The notes beneath the pieces were generated by a model. It ran no database searches and had not been told where the DNA came from. It saw only the letters and a list, made by a program, of their open reading frames with translations. A stretch of DNA of 64,000 bases. It comes from the human T2T-CHM13v2.0 reference genome, Homo sapiens. The translations under genes were made by a program, and so were the position numbers. The stretch lies in NCBI RefSeq assembly GCF_009914755.1, contig NC_060934.1; one strand, 5' to 3'. Shown here in pieces: positions 1 through 24,300 of the stretch; the first letter of the stretch is position 1, and each line of letters opens with the position of its first letter.

Positions 1-120
1 GCCACAGCACGGCTTCATCAGGAGGGACTGTTTTATGAAACTACTCCATGCTGTTTCTCTAGAGATCCCTTCTGGTAACTCACACACATTGCTCTGAAGA
101 GCTCTGGTAAAAGTGACTCC

Positions 121-360
121 TACAGGTACGAAGTTACAGTCAGATAGGAGGAATGAGCTCTGGCATTCCATTGCGCAGTAGGGTGACTGAAGGGCTAGAA
201 GAGGGAATTTTGAATGTTTTCACCACAAAGAAGTAGTCAATGTCTGTGGCAATGGGTATGCCCATTATCCTAATTTGATCATTAAATGTTATACTCATGG
301 ATCAAAACAACACACGGTACCCCATAAATATGCACAATTATTATGTGTCAAATTAAAACC
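121..360 (+). mobile_element. Old L1M (L1MA/MC-type) 3'-end fragment in MAT1A intron 1
   Basis: Resembles an L1MA 3'UTR (gaatgttttcaccacaaagaa...cctaatttgatcatt...ccccataaatatgcacaattatt). Confidence 0.65.
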
Positions 361-431
361 ATTTGTAAGTGACTCCCTCAGTATAGGCTTGGAATGATCG
401 TTTTCCAGTCAGTCCAAGACAGCCTACTTAC

Positions 432-522
432 CCGGGTGTCCCTCTCCCACAGACTCCGATGTGAACATGAAGACTCCTTCACTTAGAGAGTGGTCACACA
501 AGCCATCCACCGGTCCATTCAT
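432..522 (-). CDS. MAT1A: Methionine adenosyltransferase 1A, coding part of exon 1 (gene continues left of the window)
   Basis: Reverse complement reads ATG(522) MNGPVDGLCDHSLSEGVFMFTSESVGEGHP+G, then GTAAGT donor at 431. FTSESVGEGHP is the SAM-synthetase N-terminal motif. 91 coding nt, phase-1 intron. Confidence 0.97.
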
Positions 523-587
523 CTTCTCACACTTCTCCACTCACGCTTCTTTCAGTGAACAATTTTGAGGCTGTGACTTTGCCTGAG

Positions 588-616
588 TTTTTTTTTCTTC
601 TTCTTCTTCTTCTTTC
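588..616. repeat. T-run plus (TTC)n tract in the MAT1A 5'UTR (GAA/A-rich in the mRNA)
   Basis: tttttttttcttcttcttcttcttctttc. Confidence 0.9.
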
Positions 617-744
617 AACCCAACAGGCTTGTCTTTGGCAGAGCCACGGGGATCACTTCTGCCTAACTGCCTGTGAGCACGTGAGAACAGGCGAGGACTG
701 CTGAGAAGGGAGGGAGTGGATGGAACACGGGATGTGTCCCTCCC

Positions 745-1384
745 TCCAGCTTGCCACAGCTTGCTCCTGAGCGACTCCTATATATGGAAAAGCGAAAGTG
801 CCTGAAAAATCATGTGAGAAAATTGGAGGAGTCCATTTCCTAAGAGGGGGGTCTTCTTACCTGGAGGAATTTCAATTCTTATCCCTGACTTTCCAAACTC
901 TAAGCACCTGGTCAAGGTAAGGTAAAGAAGGCTGTATAGTTCTGCAGAATTGAAGCTCCTTTGGGACTCTCCTTCAGCTCTTAGCCAATCTTGGTAGTGC
1001 TCCAGAGTTCACAACCCACCTTGGAGAGCAGGGGTCTGTGATCACCCAGAGATACAAGCAGGCAACAAGAAACTCTTTCTCAGAGATATGGTTTAGGCTA
1101 AGATTGCAACAGTGCCTTTGCTGTTGGGTGTCCCCTCCTCCCCTGCGTCTCATCTGGATTGGTCTCTTCCCATTCTATCTTCTCAGGGAGAGCAGGAGCA
1201 CGCACCTGTATTCTGAGCCAGCTGTGATGTTACACAACAGATTCATTTTAGAGGAAAAGCTTTGAGTCCACGTGTTTCTGCTAACAGAAACCACCTAACC
1301 TGTCAACTTCTCTAAAAGGCTGGCAGGCATTTTAACAAGCAAGATCTTTAAAAAGTATCTATCTGGGGAGGTTACAGAGAACAA

Positions 1385-1416
<32 letters not shown>

Positions 1417-1600
1417 TTTTAGAAAAAAATGCTTTTGAGAAATGGATTCATTACAGGGAAATTATCAAAGTCCAGTTTCCCAAAGCTTCCGGATTATAAA
1501 CATCTACATATTCAGTTCTATACATGTAATAAACATCGTGTTCACATAACTCTTGCATTATTTTTTGCTTTGACCAAAAAAAGTAGTAAACAGGATTATA
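745..1600 (-). promoter_or_regulatory. MAT1A: MAT1A proximal promoter
   Basis: TATATAT at 779-785 (implies a TSS near 750-757), C/EBP-like GTTACACAAC 1229-1238, E-box CACGTG 1269-1274, HNF4A-type CAAAGTCCA 1466-1474, forkhead AATAAACA 1528-1535 and AGTAAACA 1585-1592. Motif matches only. Confidence 0.7.
1385..1412. repeat. (TG)14 microsatellite
   Basis: Perfect TG run followed by a T run. Confidence 0.97.
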
Positions 1601-2654
1601 TCTTTAGTTCATGTACTAAATGACAGCGTCTCACACTCTCAGATCCAGCTGCATCCTCAGACCCAAGGAACAATGGGGAATTGAGACCACAGAAAATGAG
1701 GATGGGTGGAGAAACCAGTTCCCACTAGAATGCAATAAAAAGTAATCAACCATAACCTTGTGCATCAAAGCTTGGACTGTGGGAAGCAAAAGTTAGGAAG
1801 CAATAGCCTCACCTAACAATTCTGGTGACCAAACCCCCCTCTGAGTTTATTATCAAGCATTTGGAAAAATTTTTTCTGGCACACATTCTGGTGCTCCAAA
1901 GCTTGAGTTTTGCTAACTGATGACCAAACATCATCCCTTCAGGGAATTAAAGCAGTATTAAGGTGACCTCTTCTGGAATAAAGTAAGGGATGTTACATAT
2001 GCATAGCCAATCAACGGCATTTAACAAGGAGTGAACTGAAGTGCTTAGGCACAAGACTGTTGAAAGTTCAGAGAGGAAAAGGCCACTGGGAAGGGATGGA
2101 CAAACGAGGAATCAAATAGGGACTTTAGACAACATCGCCTTGTCATTGCCAGCACACAGGACTCCTCTGTTTGCACTTAAGCTATTTCAACATTGCTGGC
2201 CCTTAGTAAATTTCTTCTGGGTACATTAGTTTTAAACCTAGAGGCAATATGAGCTAATGTTTAATTTGAACTGTAGAACTAGGTGACCTTAGCAGTTAAA
2301 ATTGTATGATAACAATTATGGTCCAAATTTGATTTAAGAACAAGATGATGTGTAAGTAGCAGGTACTCTTCAAGGTTCCTAGAGTTATCAGGAAGACAGA
2401 AAACAAAGCAGTAGCTGCCTTCTGAATTCCATAAGTAACAGCACCATGGGGTGGAAGGCGTCAGGGTGGGGAGACGATCTGTTACACAGATATGTGTGCA
2501 GGGGGCTTTGGCAGCCTGGATGCCAATTGAGGGTGTGAGGGAGGGATCTGAGAGGCACCTCGTTAAAAACTCATCTCAAGTATGAGTTTCATTTAAGACC
2601 CCAACTAAATACTAGGATGCCTTATATTCTTCTAGCAAGTAAATGTTAAGAAGC

Positions 2655-2900
2655 AGTACACGGAGCATGGTGGATGGAAGTGCAGGCTTCTGGACTAGGG
2701 TCCAACTTTTGCCTGTAACCTCCCATGCAGCATGGAGAAGGCTTCCTAACCTTTCTAATCTGTTGTTTCTTCTGCTGTAAAGCGGGTTAAATAATTACCT
2801 ACCTCCTAGTGTTATTTTGAGAACTAAATGAGGTCATTTAGGTATGATGAGTATTGGACAAAGTGCTAGCACACAATACAAATTTAATAAATATCAGCTA
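2655..2900 (+). mobile_element. MIR SINE
   Basis: Core-like text: ttcttctgctgtaaagcggg...ataattacctacctcctagtgttattttgagaactaaatgag. Confidence 0.7.
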
Positions 2901-3086
2901 ATATTATTAAGCAGTCTATTTACATACATATGATTTTCCTCTGAACAAAAATAGATTATGGTATGTATACATATGTATGTATATGTGAATATACACATAT
3001 ACACATATAATTTTGCATCTCGCTTTTTTCCCCCCACAATATATCGTGGCCCTCTGTTCACATCTCTAAATACAGATAGGCCTTAT

Positions 3087-3381
<295 letters not shown>

Positions 3382-5357
3382 AGGCCTTATTTTTTAATAC
3401 TTGAATAGTATCCCACAATAAGGATGTACCATAAATTATTAAACCATTCATTCCTCAGTGGTTAAATATTTTCAACTTCTCCAGTTATTTCACATCACTA
3501 TAATGCTGCAGTGAAGGTCCTTATTCATCAGTATGTTTCTGAAAAAGATAATAATGGAAGGCTCTGGCAGTGCAGAACTAGCCAAAAGATTTCACTTTTG
3601 CAATGAATTTTACCTGATAAAAGAAGTAGCAATTCAACCAAGAGTTAAAATTGTAGTTTCAATCTACCCCCTTCAGAAAGAATTGGCAGATCTTAGCAAA
3701 GATGTAATTACTTTGAGAGTTGAACCTACAAGGACTTCATGGCCCTAATTTACCATCATAAACACAAATTAAGTCCTCCCTTACGCACAGCCTGTTCCCA
3801 TCTCTCTTATGCTTGAATTGTCCCAATGGCCACTCCAAGCCCCAAACTCCACACTGGACTGATTACCTAAGTCCAATGTGTCAAAGGCACACAGTTGATC
3901 TCACTGACATGCAGCAGCCTTGAACTCTGAAGCTTCACTGACAAGCCTCTGGAGAAACTTGGCTTTCAAAATAAATCTCTCTTTCAGTCAGATTTACCCC
4001 GATGAATCTCTGAATATAAAACATCCAGTGGAAGACTGTTTCCAATAAGCAGTGCCTGTAAGTCCCACTGAGCAGTTTAGTGATGGAGCTTCGAGGGCAC
4101 CTGACCCTAGGCAGCACCACGGGGCCGCAGGGGTGGTGGGGAGGCCCTGCCAGATGGTACCCTTTGCTGGCTCTGCACTGCCATGCCTGATGGGGAGGCC
4201 ACAGGGAGGACCCTAGGTGCAGAGGTGGGGGGTGCAGGTGTTGTCTAAGTGCAAACATTTCTAAACTTTGGCTAGAAGCTCCTCTGACTTAAACGGCTAA
4301 ATAATGAAATATTTTCAAGTGGATATACTGCTTTTGCCTCATTAATTTAAGCACAAACTTTTCCTGTAGATGCCACTCTGGAGCATGAATAAGTTACTTA
4401 TGAAAGAAAGATGAAATTGATTCAGATTGTACATTTAGATATCAAAATAACAAACAGAACTTTGATAAAATAAATGTATTATGCTTTTCCCTTGTTAATC
4501 CGTCTTTTGTTATAAGAGCATCAGCTGTGACCCTTATGATGGGTAAGGAAAGCATAACACCTTTCCACCCCTACACACCCATATACAACTCCTATTCTGA
4601 AAAGGAAGAAAGACATGTTGAAAGACTTAATGCAAAAAGCAGGACTCAAGCTAGGGCCCAAAGGAATTACAGAACTTAGAAAGGCAACAGGAAGACAGAG
4701 AGGGTCTGGAAGGGAAAACTTCCCCAGCCACAGCTGGTGAAGTTAGTGCAGAAGAACATTGCCCCAACCCCACCTGGGGAGGGTGGGAGCAGATAACTGG
4801 GCAGGGAGGTAATGGCTGAGAAGCCAGGCACTCTAAGCAGTAAGTAGTCCTCTAGAAAAGCAGTGAAATGGGTTTCATTCTGACAGTGTAGAGTGCAAGT
4901 TAGATTTGAGAAGGAAGACTCCAAAATCAGAGAGAAGAGTTAAGACTCTTGCCTTGATTGAGGAATAACCTAATGAAGAACAGACCCTAAGATGTTCATG
5001 CAATATAATGAAATCCAGCTGTGCATTGTCATTTTTCAAAACTGTATTGTTTTTCTTAGTAGAATCACTTCGTCCCCCGACTTTAGAGGCTTGAAATCCT
5101 GGGAGGCGGTTTCAATTCCTGATTGTCTATCATCATATCCAAGTTTCCATAGTCTGTTAATTCTTTTTCAAAAGTGCCTTGGAATTCTCCCCTCCATTTC
5201 TGTGTTCACAGATAGTCACCTCTGCACCCATCCTTATCATCTCACATTTGAGTCAGGCATCAGCTGGGGCCAACTTCCCACACCAACATACCCTTTGGGG
5301 GTTGGCACCATGTTGCACATACCAGGAGTTTTAAAACTACCTGATGATTCATACCTA

Positions 5358-5699
<342 letters not shown>

Positions 5700-6686
5700 T
5701 TAGGCTAACTCACCCTGAATTAAGGCATGCAAACAATATTTACATAGTGAAGGCCAAATCAATCTCCCCGAAATACTTCCACTCCAGAATATCCTTTATC
5801 AGGAAAAACATGAAGCACAGTATCACATACAAAGACAGGGATAAACTGTGGCTATATATTATTCAGCTTTTGAAAAAGGACAAATAATAATATGCAATGT
5901 AATAGCCTATTCATAAAGATAAAAACAATTTTTAAAATTTTAGGAATATATAAAGATGCAATGAGATACAAAAAGGAAAAGAAAGGAGTGATGTTACTGA
6001 AAATGGTGGAGAATTCCAGGACTCCATTTCTCCACAAAATCCATGAATAAAGCAAAATTATCTAAATCAACTTTTGTAGAACTCTGGAATCCAGTCAAGA
6101 ACTTACAAGAAGCTCAATAAAGAAAGAAGCTGCTAAATTGCCATAAAAGAGTGCTATGGTATTTAAATTGCCCGCCTACCATATCCCACTCTCCAGAGCA
6201 ATATGACTGTGAAGACGGCAACCCATACCCTGAGTTCAGGTTGCTAATGCCACAAGGAAAAACATGAACCTTATTCTCAAAGAACTGTGGTTGTAGGTTT
6301 CAAGCGGCCTGTCTGGTAGCTCCCTGAAGGATTGGTGCAAGGGCTTGCCTTTGTTTTGCCCAACTCAGAGCATTCCTGGGACTGGAGCAACTTCCCAAGT
6401 AGTGGCTTGCTGAAAGCATTTGAAGGCAAAAGTGTTGGCTGCAGCAGACTAGGGCAATGAATGACACTCAGGGCAAGCAATAAACAGACCAAACCTAGGG
6501 AAGAAGGGCTTGGGAAAGGAGATGCCTAGGGGAATAAGGGATTTTAAAAGCTACCATCTATGCTGGGGGATCAAGGAGATGAGGCACACGCCCAGGGTTG
6601 GACACATGCTCTGAAAAGGCCTGAGAAGACCTTAAGCACTCACCTCTGGTGAATTTTCAGGTTTTATGCAAATAGGAAGTGAAGGC

Positions 6687-7136
6687 CGTGAACCCCAAAA
6701 ATCTGAGACAGGTCTCAGTTAATTTAGAAATTTAATTTGCCAAGGTTGAGGACGTGTGCCCATGATACGGCCTCAGGAGGTCTTGACAACATGTGTCCAA
6801 GATGGTAGGGGCACAGCTTCTTTTTTCACATTTTAGGGAGACATGAGACATCAATCAATATGTGTTGGATGTACATTGGTTCAGTCAGGAAAGGTGGGAC
6901 AACTCGAAGTGGGGAGGGGGCTTCCAGGTCATAGGTAGATAAGGGACAAATTGTTGCATTCTTTTGAGTTTCTGATTAGCTTCTCCAAATGAGGCAATCA
7001 AATATGCATTTATCTCAGTGAGCAGAGGGGTGACTTTGAATAGAATGGGAGGCAGATTTGCCCTAAGCAGTTCCCAGCTTGAGTTTCCCCTTTAGCTTAG
7101 TGATTTGGGGGCCCCAAGATTTATTTTCCTTTCACA
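6687..7136 (-). mobile_element. MER4A/MER4A1 solo LTR (ERV1)
   Basis: Minus strand starts TGTGAAAGGAAAATAAATCTTGGGGCCCCCAAATCACTAAGCTAAAG; 4-bp TSD aggc at 6683-6686 and 7137-7140. Confidence 0.88.
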
Positions 7137-7597
7137 AGGCTAAGGCAGAATTGTAAATGGCCTTACAGTCAAGCACCAAAGAGTAACCTAACCCAGAGGC
7201 AACCTGCAAAGACTAGGAGGATATGGTGGCTCCTATCTTTTTCTTTTATTGGCCTAAGTCATTTAATGAAACTCCAACACTAGCTGACCACTAAGCTAAT
7301 GGAACATAGACTTTATTGACCACATACAACATGCAGACTTTATAAAAATAGTTCAGAAAACTAATAACAAAACAAATATCAATAACCCACAATAAGCTAC
7401 AGCAATACTGGGGCAGGGGGAATCTGATTTCCAGTGTCACTACATTATAATGTTAAAAATGTCCAGTTAACAACAAAAAGTTATGAGACATGCAAAAACA
7501 AAAAAAAAGAAGAAAGTTTGGCCATTCACGGGGAAAAAATAAACTAGTAGAAGCCTCCCTGAGAAAGCCTAGGCATTGGATATATTAGAAAAAGACC

Positions 7598-7772
7598 TAA
7601 TTAGCCAGGCATGGTGGCTCGTACCTGTAGTCCCAGCTACTTAGGAGGCTGAGGCAGGAGAATCACTTCAGCCCAGGAGGCAGAGTTGCAATAAGTCAAG
7701 ATGGCGCCACTGCATTCCAGCCTGGGTGACTGAAGGAGGGCCTGTCTCAAAAAAAAAAAAAAAAAAAAAAAA
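7598..7772 (+). mobile_element. 5'-truncated Alu (right arm plus polyA)
   Basis: aattagccaggcatggtggc...ctgtctc followed by an A run. Confidence 0.9.
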
Positions 7773-8684
7773 GACTTTAAGTGAACTATCTTAAATATGC
7801 TAAAAGTCTAAAAGAACCCATAGGAAAAGAACTCATGAAAATCAGGGAACAATGTCTCATCAAATAGTAAATATTAATAAAGTGATTAAAAATTATTTTT
7901 AAAAAGAACCAAATAGAAATTTTGGAGATAAAAAGTATAATAGAAAGGCAATTTCATTAGAGGTGTTCACCAACAGATTTGGTCAGACAGAAGAAAGTAT
8001 CAGTATTATATGAAGACAGGCAAATTAAGATTATTTCATCTGAGGAATAAAAACAAAAAAAGTGAAAAAGATAGATATGCAGAGCCTACGAGACCAGTAG
8101 GACAATACCAACTATACCAACACATGCATAATGAGATTCCAAGAGGGACAGGAGAGGGAGAAAGCAGAAAGAATTTTTGAAGAAATAATAGCCAAAACTT
8201 CCCAAATTTGATGAAAGACACGAATCTCTACATACAAGAATAACAACAAAATCTAAGAAGGATGAATTTTAAGACACATCAAGACACACTATAGTAAAAT
8301 TGCTGAAAGCCAAAGAAAAGAGAAAATCTCGAAAGCAGAAAGAGAGAAGAATCTAATCACATATAACAGTAGTAACAGTCAAAGAACAGGACAATTACAG
8401 TCAAAAGTATTAACAGCCAATTTTTCTTCAGAAATCATGCAGGCTAGAAGGCAGTAAGATAAAATATTTAAAGTCCGGGGGGGCGGGAAACGGTCAAGTA
8501 TGAATTCTGTATCTGGCAAAACGATCCCCCCAAAATAAAGAAAAAATTAAGATATTCCCAGATAAATAAAAACTGAGAAAGTCTTTCACCAGTAGACATG
8601 CACTACAAGGCATGTTAATAGAGAGGCCATCAGGATGAAAGGACACTATACCATAACTTAAGCCATATTTTTTAAACGATCACA

Positions 8685-11524
<2,840 letters not shown>

Positions 11525-11822
11525 GGCTGGGTGCGGTGGCTCACACCTGTAATCCCGGCACTTTGGGAGGCCAAGGCGGGCTGATCACGAGGTCGGGAGA
11601 TCAAGACCATACTGGCTAACACGATGAAGCCCCGTCTCTACTAAAAATCCAAAAAAATTAGCCGGGCTCGGTGGCGGATGCCTGTAGTCCCAGCTACTCA
11701 GGAGGCTAAGGCAGGAGAATGGCATGGAACTGGGAGGTGGAGCTTGCAGTGAACGGAGATCACGCCACTGCATTCCAGCCTGGGTGACAGAGCAAGACTC
11801 TGTCTCAATTAAAAAAAAAAAA
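11525..11822 (+). mobile_element. AluY in the A-rich tail of the ZNF pseudogene
   Basis: AluY diagnostics (gagaatggcatg..., ggagcttgcagtga); flanked by aaaaga on both sides. Confidence 0.92.
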
Positions 11823-12035
11823 GAAGTAAAGATCACAGTACATATATAAATACATAAGTAAATTTAAACATATAGTCACTGCAGTGTTCATTTGTAATCC
11901 CTCTTTCTCATTTTATTTAAAAGACAAATGCATAAAACAATAATCCATGTTAATGAATATATAATGTACAAAGATGTAATTTGTAACAATAACAAAGTAA
12001 AGAGGGAAATTAAGCTCTAAAGAAGTATTATTTTT

Positions 12036-12348
12036 AGCCAGACAGTGCCTCATGCCTATAATTGCACCACTTTGGGAGGCTGAGGCAGGAGGATCACTTG
12101 AGGCCAGGAGTTTGAGACCAGCAAGGGCAAAAGAGCAAGGCCTCATATGTACTAAAAATTAAAAAGAAAAAAATTAGCCAGGTGTGATGGTCTGTGACTG
12201 TAGTACCAGCTACTCAGAAGGCTGAGGTGGGAGGATTGCTTGAGCCCAAGAGTTCAAGGTTACAGTAAGCTATGATCACACCACTGCACCCCAGCCTGAG
12301 TGACAGAGCAAGACCCCACCTTAAAAAAATAAAATAAAATAAAAATAA
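12036..12348 (+). mobile_element. AluJ
   Basis: J-type right arm: ggaggattgcttgagcccaagagttcaaggttacagtaagctatgatc. Confidence 0.9.
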
Positions 12349-13599
12349 AGGAATATCATCTTTGTACACTATTGAAACTATATTAGTATTAATTCAAACT
12401 TGATTTTATGAACCTAGATGTTAATTATAATCTGAAGCATAACCGCTAAGAAAAAAACTTTAAAATATACAGAAAAAGAAATAAGAAGGGAAGCAAAATG
12501 GTACAGTAGGACAACTCAATCACAAAAAGGCAGTAATGGAGAAACAGACAAATAAAAACATACAACATACAGAAAGCAAATAGCAAAATGGCAGAAGTAG
12601 GTTCTTCCTCATCAGTTACTACTTTAGATAGATTAAACTGTCTAATTATAAGGCAGAATGGGTTGAAAAATCCAACTATATACTTTCTACAAGAGACATT
12701 AGATTCAAAGACACAAATAGGTTGAAAGTGAAATGATAGAAAAAGGTATCCCATACAAATAGTAACTAAAGACAGTTGGGGTGGGAAAACTAATATCAGA
12801 CAATAGAATTTATGTCAAAAATTTTTTTTACAAGAGACAAAGAAGGACATTATATATTGATAAAAGGATAAATCTATCACAAAGCTATAACAATTATAAA
12901 CATACATGCACTTAATGACAGAGCAGCAAGCTATATCAGGCAAACACTGACAAGATTAAAGGGAGAAATATAGAGTTCTACAATTATAGTTGGAATTTTC
13001 AATAGCCCATTTTCAATAATGGATAGAACAATTACACAGAAGAATATTATCGAAATAAAGGTCTTAGATGACATAAACTAAACCTAACCAACACATAGAA
13101 AACTCTACCCACCAACAGCAGAAATACACAAGTACACACGGAACATTCTCCAGGACATACCATACAACAGGCTACAAAACAAGTCTCAGTAAATTGTAAA
13201 GGACTGAAATCATACAAAGTATCTTCTCTTACCACAATGGAATGAGGCTAGAAATCACTAACAGGAGGAACACTGTTGCAAAATATGTGAAATAAGCAAA
13301 TACATGGAAATTAAGCTACACACTCATAAACAATCAATGGGTCAAGAAGAAATTACAAGGGAAATTTTAAAATACTTAAGAGATGAATAAAAATGGAAAC
13401 AGAACATAGCAAAACCTATGGGATGCAGAGAAAGCAGCATTCAAATGGATAGGTATAGCTATACATGCTAGTATTAAATAAAGAAAAGAGATCCAAATCA
13501 ATAACTTAACTTTACACTTTAGGAAGCTAGCAAAAGATCAAGCTAAATCCAAAGTTAGCACAAGGAATTAAATTATAAAGATTAAGAGTGGAGGAAAAT

Positions 13600-13905
<306 letters not shown>

Positions 13906-14102
13906 AAAATGAGTAGAGGTAAATGAAACATAGAAAAGTTAATAAAGCCAAAAGTGATTCTTTGAAAAAGATCAATAAAACTAAAATTTTTTTTGAACTG
14001 ATTGAAAAAAGAAAGAAGGTTCAAACAAATAAAATCAGAAATGAAACTGGGGACATTACTACAGATCTTGCAGAAATAAAAATAATCACAAAAGAATACT
14101 AT

Positions 14103-14454
<352 letters not shown>

Positions 14455-14844
14455 CTAGAAAGATATAAACTACCAAAATTGACTCAAGGAGAACTAGAAT
14501 TAGTCATTAAAAGTCAATTACAAATTATTAAAATTTCAATGTAAGAGATTGAAACAGTGATTAAAATATAACAAAGAAAAGCCTGCAGATGGCTTCATTG
14601 GTGAAGTCTACCAAACATTCAAAGAAGAATTAACACCAAATTTTCCCAAACTCTTCTAAAAAAAATAGAAGATGAGACAAAAACACTGCCTAACTCATTC
14701 TATGAGGCCAACATTACATTAATACCAAAGCCAGACAAAGACATCACAAGAAAAGATTATAGATCAATATACCTATTAAAAAATACAGAAATCCTCAGTA
14801 AAATGCTAGCAAATCAAATCCAGAAGCATATTAAGAAAATTATA

Positions 14845-15146
14845 GGCCAGGCATGGTGGCTCATACATGTAATCCTAGTACTTTGGGAGACCAAGGCAGG
14901 AGGATTGCCTAGGCCCAGGAGTTTCAGACCAGCCTGGGTAACATGGCGAGACCTGGTCTCTACAAAAATTTTTTAAAATAGCCAGGCATGGTGGCACACA
15001 CATGTGGTCCCAGCTACTTGGGGGACTGATACAAGAGGATCGCTTATGCCCAGGATATTGAGGCTCAGTGAGGCATGACTGCACCACTGCACTCCAGCCT
15101 TGGTGACAGGGTGAGACCCTGTCTCAAAAAAAAAAAAAAAAAAAAA
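14845..15146 (+). mobile_element. AluJ whose tail received the L1PA
   Basis: Full AluJ; the left flank aaattata reappears only after the L1PA, at ~21598-21605. Confidence 0.9.
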
Positions 15147-15149
15147 GTA

Positions 15150-21590
<6,441 letters not shown>

Positions 21591-23781
21591 AAAAAGTAAA
21601 TTATATATTATAACCAAGTGGGACTTATCCTTGCAGTAATGCAACAATGGCTAAACATACAAAAAAAATCAATGCAGTATGTCATACATTAATAGAATGA
21701 AAGAAAAAACACATGATCATCTCATTTTGACACAGAAAAAATATTTGCTAATATTCAGCATTCATCATAAAAATATGCAACAAACTAAGCACAGAAGTGA
21801 AACCCCTCAACATGATGAAAGGCATTTGTGAAAAACCTACCACTTACATTATATTCAATGGTGAAAGACCAAAAGCTTTCCCCCTAAGATAAAGACGTCT
21901 ACCTTCATACGCCATTTAATATTTCAATAGAAGTTCCAGCCAGAACAATTAGAGAAGAAAAAGAAGTAAAAGACACCTAGAAATAAAAGAAAATGAAGAA
22001 TAAAAGAAATGAAAGGGAGAAGTTAACCTATCTTTATTAGCAGATAACATGATCTTGTATATAGAAAATTACAAGGAATATACATACACACATACACACT
22101 TAGTAGAGCTAATAAACTAATTCAGCCAAATTGCAGTACACAAGATCAACACTCAAAAAAAAAATAAGTTGTGTTTCTGAGAAGAAAATTCTAAGAAGCC
22201 ATTTATAATAGCATCGAAAAGGATAAAATATTTAGGAATACATTTAACCAAAAAGTTCAAGACTTAACACACTGAAAACTACAAAAATATTGCTAAATAA
22301 AATTAAAGAAAAGCTAAGTAAATGGAAGAACATCAGTGCTTATGGATTGGTAGACTTAATACTGTTAACATGTCAATACTCTAAAAATAATCTACAGAGT
22401 CAATGCAATCTCTAGCAACATCTCAGTGGCTTCTTTTGCAGAAATGAAAAAGCTGATCCCTAAAAGTCACATGAAATTGAAGGGACCCCAAATCACCAAA
22501 GAAAGTCTTGAAGAAGAAAAAGTTGGAGAACTCACACTTTCCAATTTAAAAACGTACTACAATGCTATCGTAATCAAAATAGTGTGGCATTGCCATAAGG
22601 ATATATACACGTACAGACACACAATGAGACAGTATTGAGATTCCAGAAATAAACTCATACAGATGTGATTTTTTGACAAGGGTGCCAAGAACATTCAATA
22701 GGGAAAGCATAGTCTCTTTCACAAACAATGCTGAGACAACTGGATATCCAAATGAAATTGGAACCCTACCTCACAGCATATACAAACATTAACTCAAATC
22801 AAAGATCTCCACATAAAAGAGCTAAAACTATTAAACTCTTAGAAGAAAACATGGGGTAAATATTTATGACCTTGCATTTGTCAATGAATTCTTAGATATA
22901 ATACCAAAATCATAAGAAATCAAAGAAAAAATTAGACCAAAGGATAAATTAGACTTCATCAAAATTTAAAACATCTATGCATCACAGGACATGATCAAGA
23001 AAGTGAAAAGACAACCTACAGAATGGGAGAAAAATATTCTCAAATCATTTATCTGATAAGGGTGTAGTACCCAGATTGTATTTTTAAAAACTCTCTTATA
23101 CTTCAACAACAAACAAGCACACAGACACAGGGCCCCCCTCCCCCCAACACACACACACAAGAATGGGCAAAGGGCTTGAATAAGACTTTCTCCAAGGAAG
23201 ATACAAGCACATGAAAAGATTCTCAACATCATTAGTCATTAGGGAAATGCAAATCAAAACCACAAGGAGAATCACTTCCCACTCACAACGATGGCTATAA
23301 TTTTTTTAAAAAATAAAAAGATTGGCAAGGATGTGGAGAAATTGGTACCTTCATGCATTGCTAGAAATATAAAATGGTGCAAGCACTGTGGAAAATAATT
23401 TAGCAGTCCCTCAATAAGATAAACATAGAATTACCATATGACCCAGCAATTTTACTCCTATGCATACACCTAAGAGAAATGAAAACATGTATTCAAACAA
23501 GACTTTGCACATGAATGTTCATAGCAGCACTATTCTCAAGGACCAAAAGGTAGAAACAACACACATACCCATGAACTAATGAATGAATGTGGTATATGCA
23601 TACAATGGAATATTACTCAATCACAAAAAGAAGTAAATATTGATAAATGCTATAGCACGCTTGAACCGCAAAAACATTATGCACAGTAAAAGTAACCAGG
23701 CACAAAAGGTCATACATTATATGATTCCATTTATTTGAAATATTTAGAGCAGGAAAATCCATAGAGACAAAAATCAGATTA

Positions 23782-24300
<519 letters not shown>

